From the IMG/VR virus record IMGVR_UViG_3300023181_000034, positions 1 through 56,447 of that record: DNA of 56,447 nucleotides; one strand, 5' to 3'. Each line of letters starts with the position of its first letter. The first letter of the stretch is position 1. A program made the translations under genes and the position numbers. This document shows, piece after piece, positions 48,692-56,447 of the stretch. The notes below the pieces were generated by a model. That model searched no databases and was not told the DNA's origin. It was given only the letters and a program-made list of their open reading frames with translations. The stretch comes from a virus. Lineage: Duplodnaviria > Caudoviricetes.

Positions 48692-49726
48692 ATGATGCAG
48701 TTGAAAAGAGCTTCACGGAAGCAAGTCAAACTTAGATTAAACATATCAGCGCCAGCAGGAGCGGGTAAAACGTATTCAGCCTTATTAATGGCTAAGGGGT
48801 TAGTTAGCGATTGGAGTAAAATAGCGGTAGTTGATACTGAAAACGGATCTTCGTCCCTTTATTCAAACTTAGGGGAATTCAATGTTATTGATATGGAAGC
48901 GCCATTTACACCTGAAAAGTATACGCAAGCAATAAAGGCGTGTGTTGATGCTGGAATGGAATGTATTATCCTTGATAGTACGACTCATGAATGGGTTTGT
49001 TTACTTGAAGAAAATGAAATGCTTGCACAAGCTAAATTCAAAGGCAACACTTGGAGTGCATGGTCTGTAACCACACCTAGACACGATAAATTCTTGCAAG
49101 CAGTATTGCAATGCCCGGCACACGTAATCACTTGTACCCGTTCCAAAATGGATACTGTGCTAGTTGAAAACAACGGACGTAAAGAGGTTAAGAAAGTAGG
49201 ATTGAAAGACGAACAGCGCAGTGGCTGGGAATATGAGCTTACTGTATCATTAAATATTGACAGAGATACCCATTGCGCAATACCGAGTAAAGACAGGACT
49301 AACCTATTCGAAGGTAAAAATCCTTTTGTGATCACTGAGAAAACAGGTGAAATGATAAAGGAATGGTGTGAGTCGGGTGTTGCGGATAAAGCAGGTGATG
49401 TTAAGCTACGTGAAGCCACTACTGTAACTGAATTAGCAAATGTGTTCAAAGGGTTGACACGTGAAGAACAGGAACGCTTTGTTGCTGTAAAGGATGAAAT
49501 GAAAGGCAAATTAGCGCCTGAATTGACTCCTGTTGCCGCGCCTGCCCCCCTTCCTGCTATGCCGGATGATAGGTATAAGAAATTAATCACATCTATTAAG
49601 AAAGTAGATGCTGATATCACGGGGATCCTTAAGTCAGCACGTGAGCAGTTCACCTTCACCCCTGAACAAGAAACAGAGTTTACAAACATCATTGCTACAG
49701 CAGCATCTAAAAAACAAGCGGCGTAA
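48692..49726 (+). CDS. AAA ATPase, Sak4-like recombination protein
   Basis: APAGAGKTYSAL; VDTENGS; ILDSTTHEW; EYE; KDRT. Confidence 0.85.
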   Translation: MMQLKRASRKQVKLRLNISAPAGAGKTYSALLMAKGLVSDWSKIAVVDTENGSSSLYSNLGEFNVIDMEAPFTPEKYTQAIKACVDAGMECIILDSTTHEWVCLLEENEMLAQAKFKGNTWSAWSVTTPRHDKFLQAVLQCPAHVITCTRSKMDTVLVENNGRKEVKKVGLKDEQRSGWEYELTVSLNIDRDTHCAIPSKDRTNLFEGKNPFVITEKTGEMIKEWCESGVADKAGDVKLREATTVTELANVFKGLTREEQERFVAVKDEMKGKLAPELTPVAAPAPLPAMPDDRYKKLITSIKKVDADITGILKSAREQFTFTPEQETEFTNIIATAASKKQAA

Positions 49727-49914
49727 TGGAAAAGAAAACCGTAGATGCGATTTTAGCTAGGCTAAGATCAAACGCTAAATGCTGCCCCAACTCAACTGCA
49801 ATCGATAGAGCTAGAAAAGGAGCTTATGTTGATTCAATCGTAATCATTGAGCAAATGGTTAGGCAAAGTGAATCGGATGCTTTAACCAAAGCAAAAGGAG
49901 GTAATCATGAATAA
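49726..49914 (+). CDS. Hypothetical protein
   Basis: TAATG-coupled ORF. Confidence 0.55.
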   Translation: MEKKTVDAILARLRSNAKCCPNSTAIDRARKGAYVDSIVIIEQMVRQSESDALTKAKGGNHE

Positions 49915-50353
49915 CAAACTATTAACCCTAAAAGCGGAGGACTTGGCTGTAATGTATGCAGCCTCGTTCTCTAAAAAGGATGCAGAAGCAGCCGGACAAA
50001 ATCTAGCACACGATGTATTTGAAAAAGGAGAGGTAGATCCTTTACATGTGCTGTCCAACCTATCACGTCTTAAGTGCGTAATTGATAGCGCAGAAAAGGT
50101 GTTCCGTTCTCGATTGGTCCTGAATACTGCTGATACCTGGAATGGAGTTTCTTTCACTCCAAAGAATGGATCTGAGAAACTTCAATATTCAGAAGATCAT
50201 GAAGTAGCTGAATTGGAGGAAAAGCTAAAGGAGCGCAAAGAGTTGGTTAAGCTCGCTACCAAATCAAAGGACGTGATCTTTGATAGTACAGGGGCAGAAG
50301 TTCCAAAGGTGTCAACGGTTTATGATAAGTCGTCAATTGTAATTAGCTTTTAG
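49907..50353 (+). CDS. Hypothetical protein (recombination module)
   Basis: GEVDPL...D.TG.EVP motif; next to the AAA gene. Confidence 0.7.
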   Translation: MNNKLLTLKAEDLAVMYAASFSKKDAEAAGQNLAHDVFEKGEVDPLHVLSNLSRLKCVIDSAEKVFRSRLVLNTADTWNGVSFTPKNGSEKLQYSEDHEVAELEEKLKERKELVKLATKSKDVIFDSTGAEVPKVSTVYDKSSIVISF

Positions 50354-50521
50354 TTATGAGCTCAATCACCAAAGCAAACCGAAAGCTAGATGAGATGCTT
50401 TTCGATTTTGAGGAATTACTAAATGTTCAAATGCTTGAATTGCAATATGGACCTAACTATGTTAGTAATATCCTTGATGATATAATCGCTGAATTGTCAA
50501 CAGATAAAATAATTGGACGCT

Positions 50522-50776
50522 ATGAAAAATACTAAACCCAAACCCCTAGCAACCCTTCCAATCCATATCAGACAAGTGCCACGTACCAACACATTCGTGA
50601 ACTCACATACAGGCGAACGCTATTCCTACACTAAGGCTTTGAGTATTGCCCAAGCGCATGCTCCGCGCATCCAACCCGATCACTCTGCCATCCTTGAGAA
50701 ACGTTGGGATTTGAGAATGGATACTCACGAAATTAATGAGGATGGGTTGTACATAAGGACCGTTCAGGGAATTTAA
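50522..50776 (+). CDS. Hypothetical protein
   Basis: ATG at 50522. Confidence 0.5.
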   Translation: MKNTKPKPLATLPIHIRQVPRTNTFVNSHTGERYSYTKALSIAQAHAPRIQPDHSAILEKRWDLRMDTHEINEDGLYIRTVQGI

Positions 50777-50778
50777 TT

Positions 50779-50816
50779 ATTACATATTGTTATATAGGTA
50801 ATAATGTGTATATTGC
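50779..50816 (+). promoter_or_regulatory. Class-I promoter
   Basis: ATTACATATTGTTAT ... TATATTGC. Confidence 0.75.
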
Positions 50817-50822
50817 ATGACG

Positions 50823-50906
50823 GTAGTGTGGTAGCTACATAAAAACATTCATTCCATTGGGAGAAGCGACTACCACAATAGCTGATCCCGATGGAATTAT
50901 TTATTT
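50823..50906 (+). ncRNA. Kissing-loop leader element D
   Basis: GTAG-[TGTGGTAG]-CTAC; ATTCCATTGGGA...AGC-GA[CTACCACA]ATA-GCT...TCCCGATGGAAT. Confidence 0.7.
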
Positions 50907-50915
50907 AAAGAGAAT

Positions 50916-51674
50916 ATGAAAAAACATGAGTTGCTGAAATATGCGTACGACAATTACCCTAATGGGACGAAATTTAATGCCCTTAGGACATCTGATGTTA
51001 AAGTGTCAGACGGAGATCTTAATTTGATTAAAGAGTTTGGCGATATTATCATCCTTTCAGATAGTAATATACTATATGAAGCTGGATGCTGGGCTAAAGT
51101 TGTAAAACCCTCAATACTAGATGGTAAAGCATTAATAGTTGTCGAAAACTATAGGCAATTTACTTTACTTAATACCTATTTAGGGTTAAATTTAAGTACC
51201 CCTAGCACATATCCAGTTTATTATGATGCTGACAAAAAATATGGCTCTTATTCTTATACTACAAAACAAAAGTTAATCTCATTCGCGGGCTTCGCTAAAG
51301 AAATAGGCATCAAAGTGCCTAAATTTATAATTAAGTCAGAAGATGGAGTTGATTTGTATGAGGGGGATGATCTTTACACTGCCAAATTATGCAACGGAGA
51401 ATGGGTTTATGATGACTATCACGGACAACCATATAATATTAGTAAAAATTCACTTGTTGTAAGGGAACAGGATGAATACAAGGCTTTCTCCACCCGTGAA
51501 GCAGCCGAAAAATGGATTGCAGAAATGAATAAGCCTAAAGATATTGAATTAGATATTAACGCTTATGGTTCAGCTTTAATCAAACCTAGCGAAGTAGTAT
51601 TCAATGGTTACGTCAATAGAATAACAGGGGCGCAAATTGAGTCCATCTACAAAGCCTACCAATCCCTCCAATAA
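50916..51674 (+). CDS. Hypothetical protein
   Basis: SEDGVDLYEGD...FSTREAAEKWI motif. Confidence 0.65.
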   Translation: MKKHELLKYAYDNYPNGTKFNALRTSDVKVSDGDLNLIKEFGDIIILSDSNILYEAGCWAKVVKPSILDGKALIVVENYRQFTLLNTYLGLNLSTPSTYPVYYDADKKYGSYSYTTKQKLISFAGFAKEIGIKVPKFIIKSEDGVDLYEGDDLYTAKLCNGEWVYDDYHGQPYNISKNSLVVREQDEYKAFSTREAAEKWIAEMNKPKDIELDINAYGSALIKPSEVVFNGYVNRITGAQIESIYKAYQSLQ

Positions 51675-51758
51675 CCCCCTACAGTGATTAACAACCGCCC
51701 AATGTTGGGTGAAGCGGGTCACGCGTATGGCGAATAGCATTAAACAAAAACAAAACAT

Positions 51759-52067
51759 ATGTCACAACTTATCAATGGCAGTTTATGCCTCACAGACTTA
51801 ATTGCTAAAGCAAAAGAGCAACATTCATCATTCAGTAAAGCAGCGAATGGTAAGATCTACGCCAACATAACTATGTGGGTTAACGATGAGCCGGATACCT
51901 ATGGAAACACTGTCAGCTTGCAATTAAACAGCACACAAGAGAAGCGAGAAGCAGAAGGTAAAGTTTACGTTGGAAATGGTAAACCTTCAAAGAAAAAAGA
52001 ACCAGAAGCCGTTGCTGCATCTGACTTGGCTACGGTTGAGGACGATTTAAACTCGCTACCATTTTAA
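51759..52067 (+). CDS. Single-stranded DNA-binding protein-like
   Basis: OB-like N-terminus; acidic tail ending LPF. Confidence 0.7.
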   Translation: MSQLINGSLCLTDLIAKAKEQHSSFSKAANGKIYANITMWVNDEPDTYGNTVSLQLNSTQEKREAEGKVYVGNGKPSKKKEPEAVAASDLATVEDDLNSLPF

Positions 52068-52261
52068 GAGGATAATCACCCCTATCAACGCCCTGTATGG
52101 AAACATACGGGGTTTGTGGGTACTCGATAACAGTAAAGACCGATAACAGGTATTAACAACTAAACAGAAGGAGGGCACCATGAACAAGTAACCGAATCAA
52201 AAGAACTTACTAAAGACCTGTACAGAGATGTACGGGTTTTTGAGGTACAAGAACATTCATT

Positions 52262-53032
52262 ATGAGTTTAATTAAAGAAGGAATCACTAAAGATTTATTG
52301 GCTTCCATTAACATGGACAAGCAACATAGTCCTGTACAATTAATGCCAGACGAAACACCTGTAAAGCTTATTAAGTGTGGTACGGGTTATTGGGTAATGC
52401 TTGAATTTGGCGAGTATCTGAAAGACGAAAAAAATAGACTAATTGTCATTTCAGATAAGGATGCTAAGATTGGCAGAGCACGATATATGATTAATTACGC
52501 TACAGAGATCGAGCAGGAAAGGCTTGATAAATTAGAAGAGGCTATTAATTCAGAAATGGATATTCTTAAAGCTAAAGTAGACGAAAAGCTAAATTCTGAT
52601 ATTAAAAAAAGCCGTGAAATACTAGTATTAGCTGGCAAGATTGAATTAGAGGGTATAGAAAAAATACTTACTGATGCTGTTAGGCAAGCTAACGGTAGTG
52701 ATCCATATAATTTAAACTCAAATGATAGTTACAGATACGAACAACGTGCTAAAATAGCAAAAGAATTAGCTACACCAGAATTTGAAGATTCATATAAATT
52801 ATTGCTACGTCTAAAAGAAAACACGCCTTACAATAGCTTATATCAACAATATTTTCAAGAGGGATTACCTTTAGTTGGTTCATTTCAAACCAATAGCCCG
52901 TCTGACCTAGAGGCACTGAAAAAGTTGTTTAGTCGTTCAGCTCTCGATCAAACTTCTGATGACATGCAGAATAAAGATCATTTGTATATGGTGGCTAAAG
53001 TTAATGTAGAAAAACGACTTGCACGATCATGA
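52262..53032 (+). CDS. Hypothetical protein
   Basis: 256-aa ORF. Confidence 0.65.
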   Translation: MSLIKEGITKDLLASINMDKQHSPVQLMPDETPVKLIKCGTGYWVMLEFGEYLKDEKNRLIVISDKDAKIGRARYMINYATEIEQERLDKLEEAINSEMDILKAKVDEKLNSDIKKSREILVLAGKIELEGIEKILTDAVRQANGSDPYNLNSNDSYRYEQRAKIAKELATPEFEDSYKLLLRLKENTPYNSLYQQYFQEGLPLVGSFQTNSPSDLEALKKLFSRSALDQTSDDMQNKDHLYMVAKVNVEKRLARS

Positions 53033-53325
53033 ACCCTACTCAACTCTTAACCCCCAACGCCATAACCTACTCAACCATAACGGTGCATACGCCCTCCCCG
53101 TATAAGAAGATGCCACCCATAGCGCACACAACAACTTGCGTAATCAGCGTAGGCGAAGATTGGGATGGATGGTTGCGTATGACACGCCCACTGCATGCAA
53201 TGGTACTGGCGCATTTGGGACTGGACAGGGATGCGGAGGTAGTATCGGTGAGCGTGAAGGTGGATTTGGGATGGAGGAATGGGTATAGGCCCGGGGTGGC
53301 GAAAGAATTAAATAAAGAGATATGA
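53029..53325 (+). CDS. Hypothetical protein
   Basis: ATGA-coupled at both ends. Confidence 0.55.
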   Translation: MNPTQLLTPNAITYSTITVHTPSPYKKMPPIAHTTTCVISVGEDWDGWLRMTRPLHAMVLAHLGLDRDAEVVSVSVKVDLGWRNGYRPGVAKELNKEI

Positions 53326-54044
53326 AACACGGATCATTGTTCTCAGGTATTGGCGGTTTTGATCTGGCAGCAGACTTAATGGGATGGCAAAATATATTTC
53401 ATTGTGAAAAAGAAGAATATCAAAGAAGTGTTTTAAAAAAACATTTTCCAAAAAGCAAAAGCTATGAAGACATTAAAAATTTCAGCGCAACCGAATACCG
53501 AAATAGGATCAACGTCTTATCCGGAGGATTCCCCTGCCAAGACATTTCTGCAGCCAATTTTAAATCAGTTGGAATTGTGGGGAAAAGATCAGGATTATGG
53601 TCGGAATATGCCCGTGTTATACACGAGGTCAGACCTGATTACGTCGTTATCGAGAATAGCCCAAACCTCCTTAAAAAGGGATTTGAAACAGTCTTATTTG
53701 ACCTTTCCGAAATCGGGTACAATGCAGAATGGGAATGTTTCACTGCGGAAGCGTTTGGATTTCCTCACAAAAGAGAGCGGGTTTACGTTATTGCCTACCC
53801 CAATGGCGTCAGACAACCGGGATCGAGGGACATACTTGGTAACATCAGCTATAACCAGGAGAGTAGAGATTGGCAAACAAATAGGGTTATCAATGCTATT
53901 CAACAAAAAACCCTGCCCCCATTGTGTGAGTCAAATAATGGGTTTCCCACCCAATTGCCTCTTACAGGATTAGGTAATGCCATTGTCCCTGCTATAGCTC
54001 ATAGCATATTTAAAGCCATTGAAAAATACGAAAATACTATATGA
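53322..54044 (+). CDS. DNA (cytosine-5) methyltransferase, large (alpha) polypeptide
   Basis: Motif I LFSGIGG; IV GGFPCQD; VI ENS; VIII HKRER; X GLGNAIVP; only 240 aa. Confidence 0.92.
   Translation: MKHGSLFSGIGGFDLAADLMGWQNIFHCEKEEYQRSVLKKHFPKSKSYEDIKNFSATEYRNRINVLSGGFPCQDISAANFKSVGIVGKRSGLWSEYARVIHEVRPDYVVIENSPNLLKKGFETVLFDLSEIGYNAEWECFTAEAFGFPHKRERVYVIAYPNGVRQPGSRDILGNISYNQESRDWQTNRVINAIQQKTLPPLCESNNGFPTQLPLTGLGNAIVPAIAHSIFKAIEKYENTI
53464..53973 (+). CDS. Nested alternative-frame C5-MTase small (beta) polypeptide
   Basis: 169-aa ORF fully inside the MTase gene; LLPTPMASD and P...SQIMGFP motif-IX-like segment. Confidence 0.7.
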   Translation: MKTLKISAQPNTEIGSTSYPEDSPAKTFLQPILNQLELWGKDQDYGRNMPVLYTRSDLITSLSRIAQTSLKRDLKQSYLTFPKSGTMQNGNVSLRKRLDFLTKESGFTLLPTPMASDNRDRGTYLVTSAITRRVEIGKQIGLSMLFNKKPCPHCVSQIMGFPPNCLLQD

Positions 54045-54050
54045 TTACTA

Positions 54051-54119
54051 GCTATGTTAGGTTAACAGGAAAACCGACTGATATTTCAGTAGACATGCGT
54101 TCGAGGCGGATCCGTAGCT
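54051..54119 (+). tRNA. tRNA-like gene/pseudo-tRNA lacking a canonical anticodon loop
   Basis: GCTATG/CGTAGC acceptor; TA; D arm GGTT-AACAGGAA-AACC; ACTGA-TATT-TCAGT; AGAC; ATGCG-TTCGAGG-CGGAT. Confidence 0.55.
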
Positions 54120-54242
54120 CAATTAATAGTTAATGAATAACACAGACCCCCTAACACCCTTCCTCCTTTGGGCTGAAGGTCTTGATTGGGATTACAGCGT
54201 GCCAGTGGAAGTGGAAGTAAGTAAACAATTAGAATTAGAATT

Positions 54243-54476
54243 ATGAGAAACGCATTATTTAACACATTAGATGTAATGGCCGATATTGATTGGCATTACT
54301 TCGTATTAGGAAACATAGCTGAGTCAAAGGATATGACAGCTAAAGAAATCCGTAGGCATTCATTCAATCACCTACGTGCAATTATCAAACGTAAAGCATT
54401 GTTAGGCTACGACACGACACCAGATCAAAAGGCATACGATGATCTTAAAGCAGTAAAGGGAGGGGCGGCATCATGA
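54243..54476 (+). CDS. Hypothetical protein
   Basis: ORF in operon. Confidence 0.6.
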   Translation: MRNALFNTLDVMADIDWHYFVLGNIAESKDMTAKEIRRHSFNHLRAIIKRKALLGYDTTPDQKAYDDLKAVKGGAAS

Positions 54477-54943
54477 ATGAATTAAAAGCAGCCGATCTAC
54501 GGATTGGGAATTTGGTGAGCGTGCCAAGGGAAGATCAGTCACCATTTAGGGTTGACTTAATAGAATATGCATCTGCCACCTATTGTAAGGTTGGAATGAA
54601 TGTACATAAGTTCGATACACCATTTGGTGTTATTGATGGCCACCCTCTTACTTGGGAGTTGCCAGATTTGCGGAGCATTCCATTAACCTCGGAATGGCTT
54701 GAGAAACTAGGCTTCACTACACTATCAGGCACTTACTCAAAATCAACTGAATTGGATATGCATATCATGTTAATCCAATCAACAGATGGGTTTTACCCTC
54801 AATTATTACAAGATGCAGAAATGTCGTGTGATGAAACTCAGTGCGTATCATTACCACGTGCTGAGACAGTCCACGCTTTACAGAACCTTTTTTACATAAT
54901 CAGCGGAGGCCAAGAACTAACGATAGGAGAAACATCGAAATGA
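54473..54943 (+). CDS. Hypothetical protein (paralog of 41998-42366)
   Basis: DLRIGN...IPLT.EWL.KLGF...VHALQNL.Y. Confidence 0.7.
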   Translation: MNELKAADLRIGNLVSVPREDQSPFRVDLIEYASATYCKVGMNVHKFDTPFGVIDGHPLTWELPDLRSIPLTSEWLEKLGFTTLSGTYSKSTELDMHIMLIQSTDGFYPQLLQDAEMSCDETQCVSLPRAETVHALQNLFYIISGGQELTIGETSK

Positions 54944-55524
54944 TACAATACACACCAAAATACCTAAAACAGAAAGCATTGCGTGAAGCACGTAAAGCAG
55001 CAGGTTTACCAGCAATGACGGAAGAAACTAAAGCCAAAAACGCAGCTAGGTACCAAAAGAAAAAATCAGAAGGCCTGATATCATTCAAAGGTAGGCCAAA
55101 AACAGAGGCGCAGAAGAATTGGAAGCCATCTGGAGAGAAAGGGTTGGCGTTAGCAAGGATAAGAAAGGATAAGGCCAACCAGAAGGACAGAGAAAAACGG
55201 AGGTTAGCTAGGGAGTCAGGTGTACCGGATAAAAGAAAAAAAGAGAATAGGGTTAAGGAACATTACAAAACGGCATTGGCCGCACCAAAACCAGCACCCA
55301 AAGAAACCCGCCTACCTCAATCACCAAAGGTCACGCTGCTACGTAAGGAGAGAAAGCCTCGTGCGCAAGATCCCGTGTGCAAGATCCCGACCCAAGACCC
55401 AACCACCACTAAGACCTGGATTCCTGAATTAAAGATGCATGTATTCTTGCGACCTGGGCAGTCGGTAGCAGATGTGGTCGATAAGTACACACAAAGACCG
55501 GGTGCGAAGATTGGTAAATGGTGA
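54940..55524 (+). CDS. Highly basic hypothetical protein
   Basis: K/R-rich, ATGA-coupled. Confidence 0.6.
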   Translation: MIQYTPKYLKQKALREARKAAGLPAMTEETKAKNAARYQKKKSEGLISFKGRPKTEAQKNWKPSGEKGLALARIRKDKANQKDREKRRLARESGVPDKRKKENRVKEHYKTALAAPKPAPKETRLPQSPKVTLLRKERKPRAQDPVCKIPTQDPTTTKTWIPELKMHVFLRPGQSVADVVDKYTQRPGAKIGKW

Positions 55525-55544
55525 TTTTTTTTTTGCCTAAAATT

Positions 55545-55583
55545 ATAACATATTGTTATTGTTGTTATAAAATTGTATATTTA
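55545..55583 (+). promoter_or_regulatory. Class-I promoter
   Basis: ATAACATATTGTTAT ... TATATTTA. Confidence 0.75.
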
Positions 55584-55589
55584 CACTTC

Positions 55590-55705
55590 AAATGGGTTGA
55601 CAGCCTAAAGACATTTAAACATTATTCCCCTGTGAACTATCTAAGCGCCTTTAATCGGTGCACATAAGCTGTCAACTTTAAGTTTATGGGGGAGTAATGT
55701 TGTTT
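55590..55705 (+). ncRNA. Kissing-loop leader element E
   Basis: GTTGACAGC (55596-55604) in the first hairpin; GCTGTCAAC (55668-55676) in a branch of the long AACATTATTCCCCTGTGAACT/AGTTTATGGGGGAGTAATGTT hairpin. Confidence 0.7.
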
Positions 55706-55726
55706 ACGCTTGAAGAAAGATTAATT

Positions 55727-56371
55727 ATGAATAAATCTACACTGCTCAAGAAAGCTAAGGCTATTCTTAATGATAATCCTATCGGAACTGTATTTGATAA
55801 TACAAGTGAGGATTACAGATTCTTATTAAGAATATTTCAAGGTCACCCGGAATATCATATAAAGGTTGGTTCTGGAATAGCTAACGTATACACTGGTAAA
55901 GGAGAAACTTATAATACGAGATGTTTCTTTCTGACTCGTGTTGATGGTAGTAGTAGTGATATTTCATACATCAGATCTATTAACGGGGCCACAACTAAAA
56001 TAAGTGATATTAAATGTGCTTGCCGATCAGCAATAGATGATATTATAATTCAATTTAAATCATCCGTCCGTTTTGGATTTGATACTTGCCCGATTAGTGG
56101 GCACATTCTTTATACTCAAAATACTCATATCGACCATTATGATAAGAAATTTGATGAATTATTTCAGATATGGATTAAAAGTAAAAATATTGATTCTACC
56201 CATCAGTTATTGAATGACACTACCAAAGATCATGAGCAGAAAATATATTTTGTCTCCAGGTCGATACGTGAAGATTTTATAGCTTTTCACAATGCCAATA
56301 CCAACCTAAGAGCAGTCACTAAGGAGGCTAATCTCTCAACTTTAAAACGTAAAAAACCAATAAAAATATGA
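55727..56371 (+). CDS. DCL/DUF3223-like domain protein with HNH-like C-terminus
   Basis: HPE...KVGSGI...RCFF..R.DGS..D.SY; then CPISG...HIDH...FH...NLR. Confidence 0.7.
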   Translation: MNKSTLLKKAKAILNDNPIGTVFDNTSEDYRFLLRIFQGHPEYHIKVGSGIANVYTGKGETYNTRCFFLTRVDGSSSDISYIRSINGATTKISDIKCACRSAIDDIIIQFKSSVRFGFDTCPISGHILYTQNTHIDHYDKKFDELFQIWIKSKNIDSTHQLLNDTTKDHEQKIYFVSRSIREDFIAFHNANTNLRAVTKEANLSTLKRKKPIKI

Positions 56372-56447
56372 GGCGATTAAACAGTATTCAAAACTTAGAT
56401 GATATGCTTACGGGAGTATATTATGATGAGTCAAAAGGAGCATTTCA
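56313..56447. repeat. Terminal direct repeat, right copy
   Basis: Matches 1-134. Confidence 0.95.

Noticed and set aside
48985-49692. 235-aa minus-strand ORF
   Set aside because: Antisense shadow of the AAA ATPase gene
52089-52241. Two similar hairpins CCTGTA(T/C)-N6-(A/G)TACGGG-TTT as a repeat system
   Set aside because: Only two copies; adequately explained as tandem terminator-like hairpins after the SSB-like gene
1-56447. CRISPR array, diversity-generating retroelement or retron
   Set aside because: No regularly spaced repeat-spacer array, no reverse transcriptase ORF and no TR/VR pair were seen

Overview
Apparently complete, circularly assembled ~56.3-kb temperate siphovirus genome. 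The host is probably Bacteroidota: there are TAnnTTTG-type promoters and A-rich, SD-less translation starts. The last 135 nt repeat the first 134 nt. Modules in order: replication (initiator-like, Twinkle/T7-gp4-like primase-helicase, SF2 helicase, VRR-NUC); terminase and portal; a ~9-kb accessory block with a phage tmRNA that splits the head module; head/neck/tail genes; lysis (GH108); a second accessory block; tyrosine integrase with a tmRNA/tRNA-3'-end-like attP; immunity region; recombination/early genes; a C5 methyltransferase with a nested second subunit. The most striking signals are non-coding. (1) Five promoter-proximal two-hairpin RNA leaders each carry their own perfectly complementary 7-9-nt loop-loop pair (orthogonal kissing loops). 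(2) A standalone, highly structured, ORF-free ~350-nt transcription unit lies at 42.66-43.01 kb. (3) The tmRNA has a 33-aa tag. (4) A tRNA-like gene lacks an anticodon loop. (5) There are two genome-wide promoter/operator motif families. All product calls come from motif recognition and synteny by eye; no database searches were run.
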